Below are positions 20,952 to 33,939 of a stretch of DNA of 64,000 nucleotides, piece by piece (within the stretch, counting starts at the first letter, position 1; every line of letters begins with the position of its first letter). The DNA comes from Paramoeba atlantica (lineage: Eukaryota > Protista > Discosea), in NCBI GenBank assembly GCA_977017575.1, contig CDRNVI010000060.1, positions 434,001 to 498,000 on the forward strand, in the 5' to 3' direction. Both the position numbers and the translations under genes were made by a program. A model generated the notes under the pieces. It was given only the letters and a program-made list of their open reading frames with translations, had not been told where the DNA came from and ran no database searches.

Positions 20952-21254
20952 TTTTTTTTTTTTTTTTTGGGAGTTATGCGCAAAGAAAAGACTTCTAGAT
21001 TTTAACCCATCTAACCTAAATTTATTCATTACTAACAAAGGAAAAACCACTTAGAAAGCGAGAGCCATCTCACTCTCATCAGAAATAAACTTCTTCAACT
21101 GCGAAAAGGTCACAGCTCCGTTGAGTTCCTGTAAGTGGAGAGTAAATTCTTGGAGAGTGTTCTCTCTATTCTGGAAGTCGCCGAGTTATTTTTCCTTATT
21201 GTAAGACAAAAAAATAAACAACAAAAACACTGAGACAAGTTTTTAAGCTTGTCA

Positions 21255-21500
21255 TCTCAAATACTTCTTAAGAAAAGAAAGGTGGAGAGTACCCCCGGAC
21301 AACACTGGCAGACACTCGAAGCATTCCTCCCTTATGAGTTCGGTTTTAACGTATGTGTTGATTTTCTTTTTGATAGCTTCGTTCATTAGTTGGGTGCACT
21401 TTTTGGAGCGATTCGTGACTGAGAGCTCGTGTATGACCGTAAGGTCATAAAAGACTTCGCCAGTATTCCAGTAAATGACCAGGTCCGGACCAGAGTTGTT
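21255..21500 (-). pseudogene. F3 RLE C-terminal fragment
   Basis: SGPDLVIYWNTGEVFYDLTVIHEL. Confidence 0.8.
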
Positions 21501-21564
21501 GTTGAACCTTTTTTTTTCTTTTCTAAGTTCTAAAACCACTATGTCTGGGCGGGGCGCCGGCCCC

Positions 21565-23182
21565 ATATCGTTGGCGACAGGCGCGGAGGAAACGTCGGCG
21601 ATATCAACACTTCTTCGCGGACCGAATTGGGTGCCTGAAATCTTGAGCCTTGAAAATCCTCTTCTGCTCGGTTTTGGGTGTCCGCTCGGACTGCGGATAT
21701 CGTTGGCGAGAGGCGCGGAGGAAACGGCGGCGATGTCAACACTTCTTCGCGGACCGAATTGGGTGCCTGGAATCTTGAGCCTTGAAAATCCTCTTCTGCT
21801 CGGTTTTGGGTGTCCGCTCGGACTGCGGATATCGTTGGCGAGAGGCGCGGAGGAAACGGCGGCGATATCAACACTTCTTCGCGGACCGAATTGGGTGCCT
21901 GGAATCTTGAGCCTTGAAAATCCTCTTCTGCTCGGTTTTGGGTGTCCGCTCGGACTGCGGATATCGTTGGCGAGAGGCGCGGAGGAAACGGCGGCGATAT
22001 CAACACTTCTTCGCGGACCGAATTGGGTGCCTGGAATCTTGAGCCTTGAAAATCCTCTTCTGCTCGGTTTTGGGTGTCCGCTCGGACTGCGGATATCGTT
22101 GGCGAGAGGCGCGGAGGAAACGGCGGCGATGTCAACACTTCTTCGCGGACCGAATTGGGTGCCTGGAATCTTGAGCCTTGAAAATCCTCTTCTGCTCGGT
22201 TTTGGGTGTCCGCTCGGACTGCGGATATCGTTGGCGAGAGGCGCGGAGGAAACGGCGGCGATATCAACACTTCTTCGCGGACCGAATTGGGTGCCTGGAA
22301 TCTTGAGCCTTGAAAATCCTCTTCTGCTCGGTTTTGGGTGTCCACTCGGACTGCGGATATCGTTGGCGAGAGGCGCGGAGGAAACGGCGGCGATGTCAAC
22401 ACTTCTTCGCGGACCGAATTGGGTGCCTGGAATCTTGAGCCTTGAAAATCCTCTTCTGCTCGGTTTTGGGTGTCCGCTCGGACTGCGGATATCGTTGGCG
22501 AGAGGCGCGGAGGAAACGGCGGCGATGTCAACACTTCTTCGCGGACCGAATTGGGTGCCTGGAATCTTGAGCCTTGAAAATCCTCTTCTGCTCGGTTTTG
22601 GGTGTCCGCTCGGACTGCGGATATCGTTGGCGAGAGGCGCGGAGGAAACGGCGGCGATGTCAACACTTCTTCGCGGACCGAATTGGGTGCCTGGAATCTT
22701 GAGCCTTGAAAATCCTCTTCTGCTCGGTTTTGGGTGTCCGCTCGGACTGCGGATATCGTTGGCGAGAGGCGCGGAGGAAACGGCGGCGATATCAACACTT
22801 CTTCGCGGACCGAATTGGGTGCCTGGAATCTTGAGCCTTGAAAATCCTCTTCTGCTCGGTTTTGGGTGTCCACTCGGACTGCGGATATCGTTGGCGAGAG
22901 GCGCGGAGGAAACGGCGGCGATGTCAACACTTCTTCGCGGACCGAATTGGGTGCCTGGAATCTTGAGCCTTGAAAATCCTCTTCTGCTCGGTTTTGGGTG
23001 TCCGCTCGGACTGCGGATATCGTTGGCGAGAGGCGCGGAGGAAACGGCGGCGATGTCAACACTTCTTCGCGGACCGAATTGGGTGCCTGGAATCTTGAGC
23101 CTTGAAAATCCTCTTCTGCTCGGTTTTGGGTGTCCGCTCGGACTGCGGATATCGTTGGCGAGAGGCGCGGAGGAAACGGCGG
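21565..23182. repeat. Tandem array, 132-bp unit, about 12 copies
   Basis: Period 132 (for example 21697 to 21829); near-identical units; three frames stay open. Confidence 0.95.
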
Positions 23183-23413
23183 TGATCTCAACAGGGGAAG
23201 CCGAGTAAATTGGAAATAAGTTAAGGCTGAAAGTTGCAGCTATAAGGTTAAAAAGAAAAAAAAAATCTCCTAAAAAAAAAACACCACCGTACTGCACACG
23301 TCGTTCCTTTACAAAAAAAAAAAAAATTTTAAGAGATCTACATACATTCATATCCCCCCCAATAAAGAAATATTAAGAGATCTACTCAAAAAAAAAAAAA
23401 AAAAAAAAAAAAA

Positions 23414-23720
23414 ACAAGGGAAGGGTCCACAAGTCAGGCCGTGGTGAGGTCGAAAGACCCGGTCCGGAACGCGCGGATGGATTGGGCGTGGATTGCTTCC
23501 TTTTTTATTATTATTGTTATCAGAATCATAAATAACTTAAGGCAGGTTGAATTACTAGTTTTGGGCTACAACATGTGAAATTGCTAATTTGATTGCTTGT
23601 TTACAAATCATATACCCCCCCCAATGGACCTTCATGGTTCATGTATTGGGTAATATAGAGGCAATGCCGCGTTTCATACTTCTCCCCCCTTATTAATCGC
23701 AAAAAAAAAAAAAAAAAAAA
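23414..23720 (+). mobile_element. F1 3' end (partial structured RNA, UTR, poly(A))
   Basis: Matches 17040-17380. Confidence 0.8.
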
Positions 23721-23940
23721 CCAGAGCGGCATAGACGCCTTCCAGCGCATACTTTCTGGTGCGTTGATCGATTTTCTGGGTTAATGCTAATTCCGCATGT
23801 CAGACATTTCCAGGAAGAGAAAGCTCTGGGCTCTTTTTCGCAGGGTAAACCCGCTTTGTGGCAAAGACGTTGTAGAAAAGTTACGAGCGAATTGTGTTTC
23901 ATCGTTGTGTTAAATCCGGAGCATTGGGCGCAGCCTGGGA
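23721..23940 (-). pseudogene. F3 C-terminal zinc-finger fragment
   Basis: KHNSL...KAGLPCEKEPR. Confidence 0.8.
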
Positions 23941-24312
23941 TATGATATTGTTGTCTTTTTTCCTTTTCTTATTCTCTCACCCTTCATGGGCATGTTCACC
24001 CGGAGCCGCGCGAAGGAGACGGGAGTAGCTCCCGTTGTCCAGCCGCTGCCGCCGACCCGCCGGAAGAAAAAATACCCTTTAGGGCGGGCGCCATCGTCGG
24101 GCGCTTCTCCTCCACCGACGTCGCCTCCACCGCCGCCGCGCGAGCCGTCAATTCCTCTACCGTCACCTCCTCCTACTCCGCTGCGTGCGCCATCACCACC
24201 TCCAGCGCTGCCGCTCCCAATGTCGCCTCCTCCTCTGCCGCGCGCGCTGTCGTTCCCTACGACGCGATCGCCTTCCCCTCCTCCCGCCGCGCCACCTTCT
24301 ACTCCCCCCTTA

Positions 24313-24728
24313 CATACCTAGGGTGGGTATGATCAGGGCCCCGCGGGTGACACTACCCGGTGCCAGCAAAACAAGGCACAAAATAACTAGGGTAACGGTC
24401 ACCCAGACATTGCAGCGTGAGAATGACACCGCCCGGTACATATAACAACGTACTAAGGAACTAGGGTGGGTGTCATTCAGCATAATCTTTGGAGTGTGTT
24501 GTGTTTTTTCACTTCAAAAGAAGTGTTTTTTCATAAAGAATATTTTCTTGTAGTATATACAAGGGGTTAAAAAAGATAAGCTGGCTGCTCGCGCTCGATC
24601 TGGTCAAATCTTCGGATTTGACTTGCGTGCTGCGTGGCACAGCTCCTAGCAAGCGATAAGGGGGGGCTTGTCCTAGGGAGGTAACATCTCCTCGGAGATA
24701 TATTGCCTAAAAATCAATCAATCAATCA
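24313..24728 (+). mobile_element. SINE-like structured retroposon
   Basis: 16-bp TSD TTCTACTCCCCCCTTA (24297-24312 and 24729-24744); (ATCA)n tail; cUUCGg hairpin. Confidence 0.8.
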
Positions 24729-26135
24729 TTCTACTCCCCCCTTAGCGCCGCCTTCTCCTCCCGCCGCGCCTTCTCCCCCTCCAGCCGCGCTGCCTTTGTC
24801 ACAATCACCGAGTCGCCATCCGCTTGCGACGCTTTCCACGGAAGAAAACTCGAAGTCCAAAGTGGATAATCAGTTGCCACTGCCATTGCCAGTACCCAGA
24901 AAAATTAAAATCGTATCATCTACGCGCGAATTGATCAACTTCAGCCGAAATCGGGCCACACGAAATGCGACGACTGCGGACGACGTGGGATCGAGAAAGG
25001 ACCGAGAGAGGGACGAGGAAGGAAAGATGTGCGGAACGAGGCCAGGAGCAACAACGCCAGGAAGTAACAAAAACTGCAATAATCGGACCCCAGACAGTCG
25101 AGCAGAAGAAAACCGAGTAAGAGACATAGAAGGGGAGATCAATACTGCCCCACGAAAGCCAAAGTTTCTGAACCGTCCGAAGCGCAGACCGAAGCTCAAC
25201 TTAGTTAATGAGGAGATTTTGGCAAGAATCGGAAGGAATACAGAGGCACACACAACACATCAGAAGAACGAGGAATCTCCCAAGAACATCCGGAAAAGTG
25301 ATATCAACGCAAGAAAGGACGACCACGTGACGCGACTAACTAAGGGAGCAACGCCGCAGAAAATTAGCGAGATTACTCCCACCAAGATCAGCGGTACAAC
25401 CTCGGGGGATGACGAAATCACATCGCGAGAGGACATTGTCTACCACGACTGCGAATCTCCACAAGACCTGCTTAAGCAGATCGACGTGAGGCAGATAGGG
25501 AACGAAAACACTAATCACGTGCAAGGAAATATTGAAAATGCCAGACTGACAACTCCAACAAACTTGATTGACGACAACACGGGAGACGGAATACGTTTGA
25601 CCGAGCTGGCAAGGATCAGCAACATAGTACACGGTGAGCCAGCAAATGCCGAGAAGAGTGTTCCGCAGCAGCGAATTCGATTTATCGGAGAAAATGGAGC
25701 GGAGGAAGATATGAGGCATATAGACGAAGCATGGGCAGAGAGCTTGGAAGGAACCACCAATATTAAAACCCAATTTCCGATACCAGGGGACGAGATATGG
25801 AAGCAATCTAAACAGATCAAAGCGGGAACAAAATGCACCATTGTGTGGACATTCGATCGCAACGACGAGATCAACGTATCGATCGGGAAAGTCACACGGA
25901 CACACAGCAAACGTGGAGGTCTGGGGAAATTATCTATGTTGTATCAAGGAGTTCGTGGGTACAGCGTCGGCGACGAATTCAAAGGAACGCTTCCGCCACA
26001 AGAAGCCGTAAGAGTTTATCGAATATTATGGCACCAGGCCCCTCCCTCGATAGACGAGACCGTACGGCGAGACTCTTTCATGGAAAATCATCAACTAGCG
26101 GAGCATTTGACTTGCGGAAACGAGGGAATTGATCA

Positions 26136-27555
26136 GGCCAGGGGGGGCATTCGATGAAAATTCATCGAACGCACCGTGCGTTCGATGAATATTCATTGAA
26201 CGGCGTCCCGTTCGATGACCAGGCGTCCCGTTCGATGAATATTCATCGAACGGGCAGTGCGTTCGATGAATCATTCATCCAACGGGCACTGCTGCACGAA
26301 TTTTTCGTCTCGATTTTTTTTGGGGGGAATTTGAACATTACCATCTCGTTTACATGTCTGGAGGCAAGGCCCAACTGTCAGCGAAGCCCAAGTGTGCAAG
26401 CAAGGCCCCCGTCTGCGAGCAAGGCCCAACTGTGAGCGTAGCCCGCTTCTGGAGGCAAAAGCCCCCCTTTGCGAGCAAGGCCCAACTGTGAGCGTAGCCC
26501 TGGGACATAATTATATTTTTTGGCGACCCGCGCGCTCCATGCGGAGGTGGTGGATATTAGCACGGCGGGCGGATGAGTTGGCATCACGGCCTTCTTTTTC
26601 CATCGGGCACGAGGGAGCGGCAAAATCTCAGGAGCTACTCCTGATTCTTTTGCTTTGGAGCGTGTGAACACTCCCATGAAAGGTAAAAAAAGTAAATAAT
26701 CAACAAGGTACAGAAACTGTATCTTTATCGTTAAAGATTATTGTAAGTGTGCTTCTCTCTAGATTCGTGGGAAGCAATTTGCGAAGCCCAGCTACCTTGA
26801 TAACAAATTTTAGTACCCATTTTGGCCGCGCGGGGGCCCCCGCGTGAGCGGGGGTGCGCGCGGCCGCGAAACGGCGAGGGCCCGCGTGAGCGGGCCTGAG
26901 CCGTACCCCGCGTAGGATTCCCCTGTGCGTCGTTAGTGGGAAGCAATTTGCGAAGCTCACTGAATTTCGTAGTTTTCGCTACGCAGGCGTTGTCAACGTA
27001 TATAGTGAAGTGTAGGATACTGAACGCACGGAAAATGAAAATCAAAAAAAATTCTTGGGTGTTCCACAAAAGTCCTTGACATATGCAAAAGTCGTTGACT
27101 TGCACCGTAAATTTCCGTTCGTTGAGTACTCAACGAAAATCCGGCAGTTCGTTGAGTACAACGAACGTACCCCCAACCCAATATTTTTTGGGTCGCGCAC
27201 TGAGGACCTGTGTCTGCCACTTCCGCAGGTTTGTGTATTTGTAAGTTATGATTTCATCTTTGTAAACTTATGAGGCAATAGTTTTAAGAATCCTTCCGCT
27301 TTTTGATAACGTTTCGGATTTGTTTTTGTCTTACGGATCAAGGTAGCAGCCAGGAGCATGATGCAGACCGAAACGAGCTTTTTTTTTACAAAAAAAAATG
27401 CGTTTTCATTCATCGAACAGGACATCCTGTTCGATGAATGATTCATCGAACGGGTCGTACTGCAATCCATTCATCGAACAGGATGTCCTGTTCGATGAAT
27501 ATTCATCGAACGCACTGTCCGTTCGATGAATATTCATCGAGTGCCCCCCCTCCCC
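26136..27555. mobile_element. Non-autonomous TIR transposon, second terminal variant
   Basis: TIRs GGCCAGGGGGGGCATTCGATGA and GGGGAGGGGGGGCACTCGATGA; 9-bp TSD AATTGATCA (26127-26135 and 27556-27564); interior shared with 277-2751. Confidence 0.9.
26701..26736 (-). other. Spliced-leader exon copy inside the MITE
   Basis: Same SL sequence followed by a UTR and MGVFTRSKAKE. Confidence 0.85.
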
Positions 27556-30320
27556 AATTGATCATCTCCCGATCCCAACCATGCGAACGGTGAGTCCAGA
27601 ATTTATTCCGTGCGTCGTCGCCACACTGCGCGATATTATACGGAACTACGCAAATGTCGATTTTGCGCAACGAAACCAGATTTGGCATCGGCTATTGTCA
27701 GCGATGAAACTATCATTGGCGACAATACGAGATGTGGATAAACGCAGCAAAAGACGTAAACCTTTCACTCCGAAGGCGACGGTTGACAGCGATGCTGCCC
27801 AGGATTTACGTGCCATTAACAAAGCAAAGAGACTAGTTTTGGAAGGGTGCGCGTCTAAAGCGGCAAAAACATTGAGTCAAAAGTTTAAATCAATCAATTT
27901 GTCGGACGAGGAGGTTTTGGACAAGTTAACAGAGTTGCATCCTCAAAAACCATGTGACTTTGAGGCACCCGAAGACGCGCCCACCTTGGCTGGGGTCACA
28001 CCTGAAGAGCTACGTAGCGCTGCCAAAAGGCTGGCGAAAGGAGTCAGCCCCGGGCCTACGGGAATGACCGACGGTATTGTGCGCCTCATGACCGATGACG
28101 AGGTGTCCTGCGGAAGCTTGTGTCACATGATATGCGATCTTCTAAACGGCTTTCTCTCGAAGGATGTAACTCAGCGTCTAAACCGGGCTCGGCTGGTCGC
28201 CATACCGAAGGGGGACGGAGGAGTGCGTCCCGTAGCAATGGGCGAGGTTCTCAACAAACTGGCTGGAATAGTACTCATGCAACGGTATGAACACACTCTG
28301 GCACCACTCTTCGCTCCAATGCAACAGGGAGTATTTGCTCGGGCTGGATGCGAACGAATAGTCCACAAACTTCGTGAGCGTTACAATAAAGGTCATTCGA
28401 TGCTCGCAATTGATTTTAAAAATGCGTTTAATTCTCCATGCAGGAAAGAAATAGCAAAGCACGTTTTCGCCTTTAGCGCGTTGCGACCATTTCAAAGATT
28501 CTTCCAGGTCGAATACGCTGGCACATCTGAACTTCTATTCTACGCATCGGAAAACAAATTGTTTGGAGTCGTGCCAAGTTCGTCGGGACTCAGGCAGGGA
28601 TCGCCGTTAGCTTCTCTTTATTTTTGTATCTATATGCAACCCATTTTAGAGACGCTGGCCCAGGAATTTCCGAACGTGGAATTACACGCATACATCGATG
28701 ACGTCACAATATCATCTCTGAATGCCTCCGACATCGAAAAAGCATTCGGCAGACTCCAAGAAATCGTCAGGGAACAATCTATAGAGCTTGCTGCCAAGAA
28801 ATGTGTATGGTTCGGCGGGAGGAACCAAATTGCGATTCCGCCATGTCTCGAGAATGCGGGAGTCATCAACGAAAATGAAGCCACAAAGGTGTTGGGAGCA
28901 TTCATTGGCAAGAATACAACGGTGGCGGAGAGGCTGACGGGCCAACTTGAACAACATAACTTAGCTTTCAGTCGGCTGAAGATCATGGGGCTTAACAATG
29001 TGTCGCTCAGTTTATTATCCCACAGCATAAACGTGAAGATGCAGTACGCAGTGCGTGTACATCCGCCTGACATCACTGAGCAGATCGCTGACTGTTTTGA
29101 TGAGAAAGTCGAAGACGTTTTGAGCACATGGCTTGGATCCCTAACGGCGAATCAGATCGAGATGGCTCGGTTACCAGCGAAAAAGGGAGGTTTAGGTTTG
29201 ACGTCCTGCAGTAAAATTCGCGCAGCAGCGTATGAAGCTTCATTGTATTCCTCATATGAGCGACAAAAATCCTTTTCTGCTCAGAGTGGATCAGTGGAAA
29301 ATCATATAGCGCTTGCCAACGAAGGTCAAAACCGAAAGCCCCCGACAGATGACAAAACGATCGCAGCCTTAGAGCATGAGGAAGTACTGGAGAGACTGAG
29401 ACAGAATCCAAATATTTCCAAAATACTGAGCGCCACTACTCGCAAGGGAAGTTACGACTGGTTAACGTCTGCCGCTAGATTCGTCCCATCGCGACACTTC
29501 GAGATGGCCATTATGACGCGGTTAGGAATAGCCCATCCTCGTCTACCTGAGAAGCTGTTATGCCCCGGGTGCAAAACAATACTGAACAGTCAATCTGCTC
29601 TACACCACATACCTGGATGCGTGCAGTGCTACGGTTTTAATGCCACAACAAAACATAATAGCTTGAAATACCTGTTCGACTTAGCCAATAAGGCGGGGAT
29701 ACCGTGTGAAAAAGAGCCGCGAGCCTTCAGTACGTGGCGGTGTGGTGTGTGTAGCCGAAAGGTCGAACCCGAGAATAGAATGACTCATGAAAAATGTTGC
29801 ACCGGTCGACAGCTATACCGATCGGGGCCGGATCTGGCCATTTTCTGGAGCACCGGAGAAATCTTCTACGACGTGTCTATAATACACGAGCTTGCGCCAT
29901 CGAACCAATCTAAAACTTGCGTGAAACTAATGCAAGACGTAATTAAACGGAAGAAAGATACCTACGTTACAACCGGTATGATTCCAGAGTTCGCGTTTCA
30001 ATGCCTTCCGATCTTTTCTTGCGGTTCTCTCCACCAGAACACAAGATTTCTGATACATGCACTTGCGGATGCAGCCATGCTGGATAGGAAGACAGTGGAG
30101 ATGGACTTCAAGTTATTACTCCAAGACTTAAATGGAAACGAAGTCTACGCCCAGTTACGCCAGTTTCTGGGAAGTTCGCAAGGCAAGACTGGGATGTACG
30201 CAAGTGCATATTAAGTTGATTTCTTTATAAGTATACTTATAAAGAAATATACGAGAGGAAATTTAGGAGACTATCATTGTGAGACTATCATTATTGGCAC
30301 TGCCCCGAAAGGGGTCTAAA

Positions 30321-30597
30321 CTATGAAAAAAAAACAACGAAAAAAAAAAAGATATGAAAAAGAGCGCTTCGATTATTCAGTATCATACTGCATCCGGGGC
30401 ATAGAAGGCTTGAGGGAAGGTCTTGATGGTGAGCATTCAGTCTGGGCATAATGGCAAGCTTGAACAGATGAGACGGTATGTATCGGGCGTGTGACAGAAG
30501 CCAGTCGTTATTGCCTTTAAATGAGTTCGCTTGCAGGATTGGTTTGAGTTCGGGGTCCTGTTGCAACTCTTTCAGAGCTTCATCGTGGTGAATTGCG
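30321..30597 (-). pseudogene. F3 post-RT fragment
   Basis: DWLLSHARYIPSHLFKLAIMPRL..LCPGC. Confidence 0.7.
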
Positions 30598-33108
30598 TTG
30601 AATGTTAAAATTAAAGTATCCTACGTACCAGCCTTAGGAAACCAAGGACCCAGCGGCGTCTTATACCTTCCACAGTCGGACAAAATCAAAATCTACAGTC
30701 TTCGGGCGACGAAACTTCTTCAAGTGGAGACGGCGATCAAGAACCTGGAGGAGGAATCAGAAAATGTCTCGTCTGACGACAGTGGCTGCGATCTCGACCC
30801 CCTCCCGGACCTTCCCAACATCGAGCCATCCTTCGCGGTGCATGTGGTAGCAATCTTCCGTGCGATTATCCGAGGCTATGCCACTGTTGAACTTGATTCT
30901 GAGAAAGCAGCGATCTGGCACAAATTTATGAATGCGCCGCGAGACTCACTTGCTACAGTGCGGGATGCAATTAGAAGAACCCAAAGAGTGGGACACGTGC
31001 GAAAGGAACGTAACGAGCTATCAGATGGCATAAATCTAAGTGCAGAACAACGAGCCGAACTAGAAATCGACAGGCGCGCGATCCGAAACGCGTTGCGAAC
31101 AGCCAAAGCAGGGAATCTGGGGAAAGCCACTCGAATTCTAGATAACGTTTACAAGGACTCCACTCTTTCGGCCGAAGAAAAATTTCAGAAACTACGAGAA
31201 TTGCATCCTGATGGACCCCCTATCCAAATACCGGAAGCTGACTTCCCACGCATCGGAGTTGTTGAAAGTTCGGAACTTCGTCTGGCAGTTGAGAAATTGG
31301 CTCGTGGAGATTCCCCCGGGCCAAGCGGGCTAAGTGAGAGTATGATGCGGTTGCTTGTAGACGATGATGTATCATGCCTTTCACTGTGCCACATGATTCG
31401 AGATGTAATCAACGGAGAAGTTCCACTAAGCGTCCGGAAGCGCCTTACTCGCTGCAGAATCATCGCCCTACCAAAGCCGCAGAACGGGATACGGCCAGTT
31501 GCCATGGGAGACACTATTTTGAAAATCTGTGGATCTATTCTACTGCAGCGACATGAAACCACCTTGAAGACATTCTTTGCGCCAATTCAACGAGGAGTCC
31601 TACACAAAAATGCCTGCGAATCCATCGTCCACGAACTGCTTCAAGAATACGAGGACGGACATGCGTTGCTTACGGTAGATTTCAGCAATGCGTATAATAC
31701 CCCGCGACGCGATGCCATTGCACAAACACTGGTAAGCAATCCCATATTCAAACCTTTCCTGCGCCTGTTCTACTTTGAGTATGGGCTACCTTCGGAGCTC
31801 CTCTTCTTCGCGCATAATGCCCTCTACGCTGTCTTGGAAAGTTCTTCCGGAATCCGCCAAGGTTCAGCTCTATCCTCCATGTACTTCTGTGCCCTTCTAC
31901 AAAGCCCAATACGAGAAGTAGCCAGCCTATATCCCGACGTAACGATCAGGGCATACCAGGATGACGTGACCCTAAGCTAGAAAAACGTGTTGTCACTTGA
32001 GGCAGCGTTCTTGCACTTGCGCGAACTTACCAGTGATCTTAACCTGCATGTCAAGTTTCAGAAATGTGAATGGTTCCAAAAGAATACTGCATTTGATGAC
32101 GAACTATTGTCTCTGAACCGCTTAGGCGTTAACTCCCGGAATGATGCGCTTAAAATATTGGGAGCGTACATAGGAGCAAATGAGGTGATAAAAGATCTTC
32201 TTCTACGGAAGATGGAAAAACACAAATGCCTCTTCCGTCGACTCCTGCTCATGGGTCCAAGCAATCTCTCCCTCGCAATTCTACGTCGATGCACGGTTCC
32301 GCGACAAGATTATCATCTGCGAGTTCATCGTCCGGAAGCAACCACGCGGCTAGCCGAAACCTTCGAAGACCACGTTCAACAAGTTCTTAAGAAATGGTGC
32401 GGAGCTGACACACAAGCCTTGCAACTAGCGGTCCTTCCTCAGAAACTAGGCGGCCTAGGATTGATCTCTTCGACTTTGAAGCAGAAATACTACTTTGAAA
32501 CCGCCCGGAGATCTATTGTTGAGCACCCAAAACCCAATAACGCTCCAGTAGGTATAAAAGGTGGAGATAAAGTACACGCCAACGGACAAAGTCGTAGTGA
32601 AGTCGCCCAGAAGCTGCTGAAAAAGAAGATGAAAGAGGAACACGAAAAGAAGGCTTGCGAGATACGGAAGAATTCGCAATTGGAGCTTGTAATGAAACGC
32701 ACTATGGAGAACAACTTGCATCTCGAAAGCACGAGCAATTATATCAATCCTTATTTATTTCGATACACACTCATGATGCGGTTAGGAATCAGTTTAACCC
32801 AAGCTCCTGCCAAAGTCACATGCCCTGGATGCTGCACCCAAGAATCCCCATCCAGCATCATTCCACATGTTGCAGGCTGCTCTCGTTGCTCTGGTATGAA
32901 CTGCACACGCAAACATTCCCACATCGTCCGCTACCTATCAGAGTTATGTTCCAAAGCAGGTCTTCCGAACGCCACTGAACCGCGCATTCACTCCTCATAT
33001 TACTGCACCAAATGTAAATGCTCCATCGCCGCCGACGTAGCCGAACAGCATCCATGTAAAGATCGATCGAAAAATCAAGAAATATGTCTCCGAAAAGGGT
33101 GTCGATAG
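30598..33108 (+). pseudogene. 5'-truncated F2 ORF with an in-frame TAG at 31978-31980
   Basis: Two collinear ORFs in the same frame (AYQDDVTLS*KNV); F2 motifs. Confidence 0.88.
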
Positions 33109-33476
33109 TGAATACTTCCGTTGTCTGGCCACCTCAGACTGTGGCCTTCTACACAATGACATTATTACTTTATTTCTTCTATCATTGCTTCTTCTTTCAC
33201 TTTGCTTCTTCCACCTAGTTGCTTGCTATTTCCTAGCCAAAGACGAAGCGCTAGCCGAGTTACTCCCGTCCTCCTCTTCCTCTTACTTATTTGAAGCGTT
33301 TGGAATTGAGTATACGGGTATCTATAGAAAAAAAAATGTTAAGACCATATATATTGTTTTTTAACTTTTTGTTTATGACCAACTTTTTTTTTGTAAAGAT
33401 AAAGTTTTAGATAGAATGCCACAAGATGCAGAAGAGGAAGGACACCACGAGAACCCGCCGTCGGAAAACAATAACC

Positions 33477-33904
33477 ATGGATGTTCCACAAAAGTCCTTG
33501 ACTTATGCAAAAGTCCTTGATTTCCACCGTGAGTTTCCGTTCGTTGAGTACTCAACGAAAATCCGGCACTTCGTTGAGTACTCAACGAAAATCCTGTGTT
33601 TACCCCTTCCGCAGGATTGTCGCTCAAAATATTTATATGGATCAGTCAAAAACGCTTCGATGAAGATAAACTGAAGAAACGGTGAAATTCCTCTAGGGTC
33701 CTTCACAAAACACTTCGATGAAGCACCAAAAAAGTCAAAATGTCTATATGGATCCGCGAAAAACGTTTGCGTGAAGATTTGAAAAAATAAAAAAAAACTC
33801 AAAAACACCTTCGATGAAGATTCATCGAAAGTGTACAACTTTCAATGTGCTTCATCGAAAGTTGTACACTTTCGATGAAGCTTCATCGAAGGTCCCCCCT
33901 ACCC
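33477..33904. mobile_element. Right part of a MITE (duplicate of 38307-38734)
   Basis: Right TIR and flank CTATTTTT match at offset 4830. Confidence 0.85.
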
Positions 33905-33939
33905 CTATTTTTGAAGCGTTGACTTGAAGCAAAAGCTAA

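Larger units (their letters stand above)
23986..30214 (+). pseudogene. Full-length F3 ORF (about 1455 aa reconstructed) split by two insertions
   Basis: 23986-24312 + 24745-26135 + 27565-30214 = 4368 nt in frame; RQGSPLAS, AYIDDV, GPDLAI..YDVS. Confidence 0.88.

Noticed and set aside
21565-23182. CRISPR array or a genuine 550-700 aa repeat-protein gene
   Set aside because: Units are contiguous with no unique spacers and there are no cas genes; three open frames follow from a stop-free unit that is a multiple of 3
24318-24480. Telomeric repeat (TAGGGT-like)
   Set aside because: Motifs are spaced tens of bases apart inside a TSD-flanked element, not tandem
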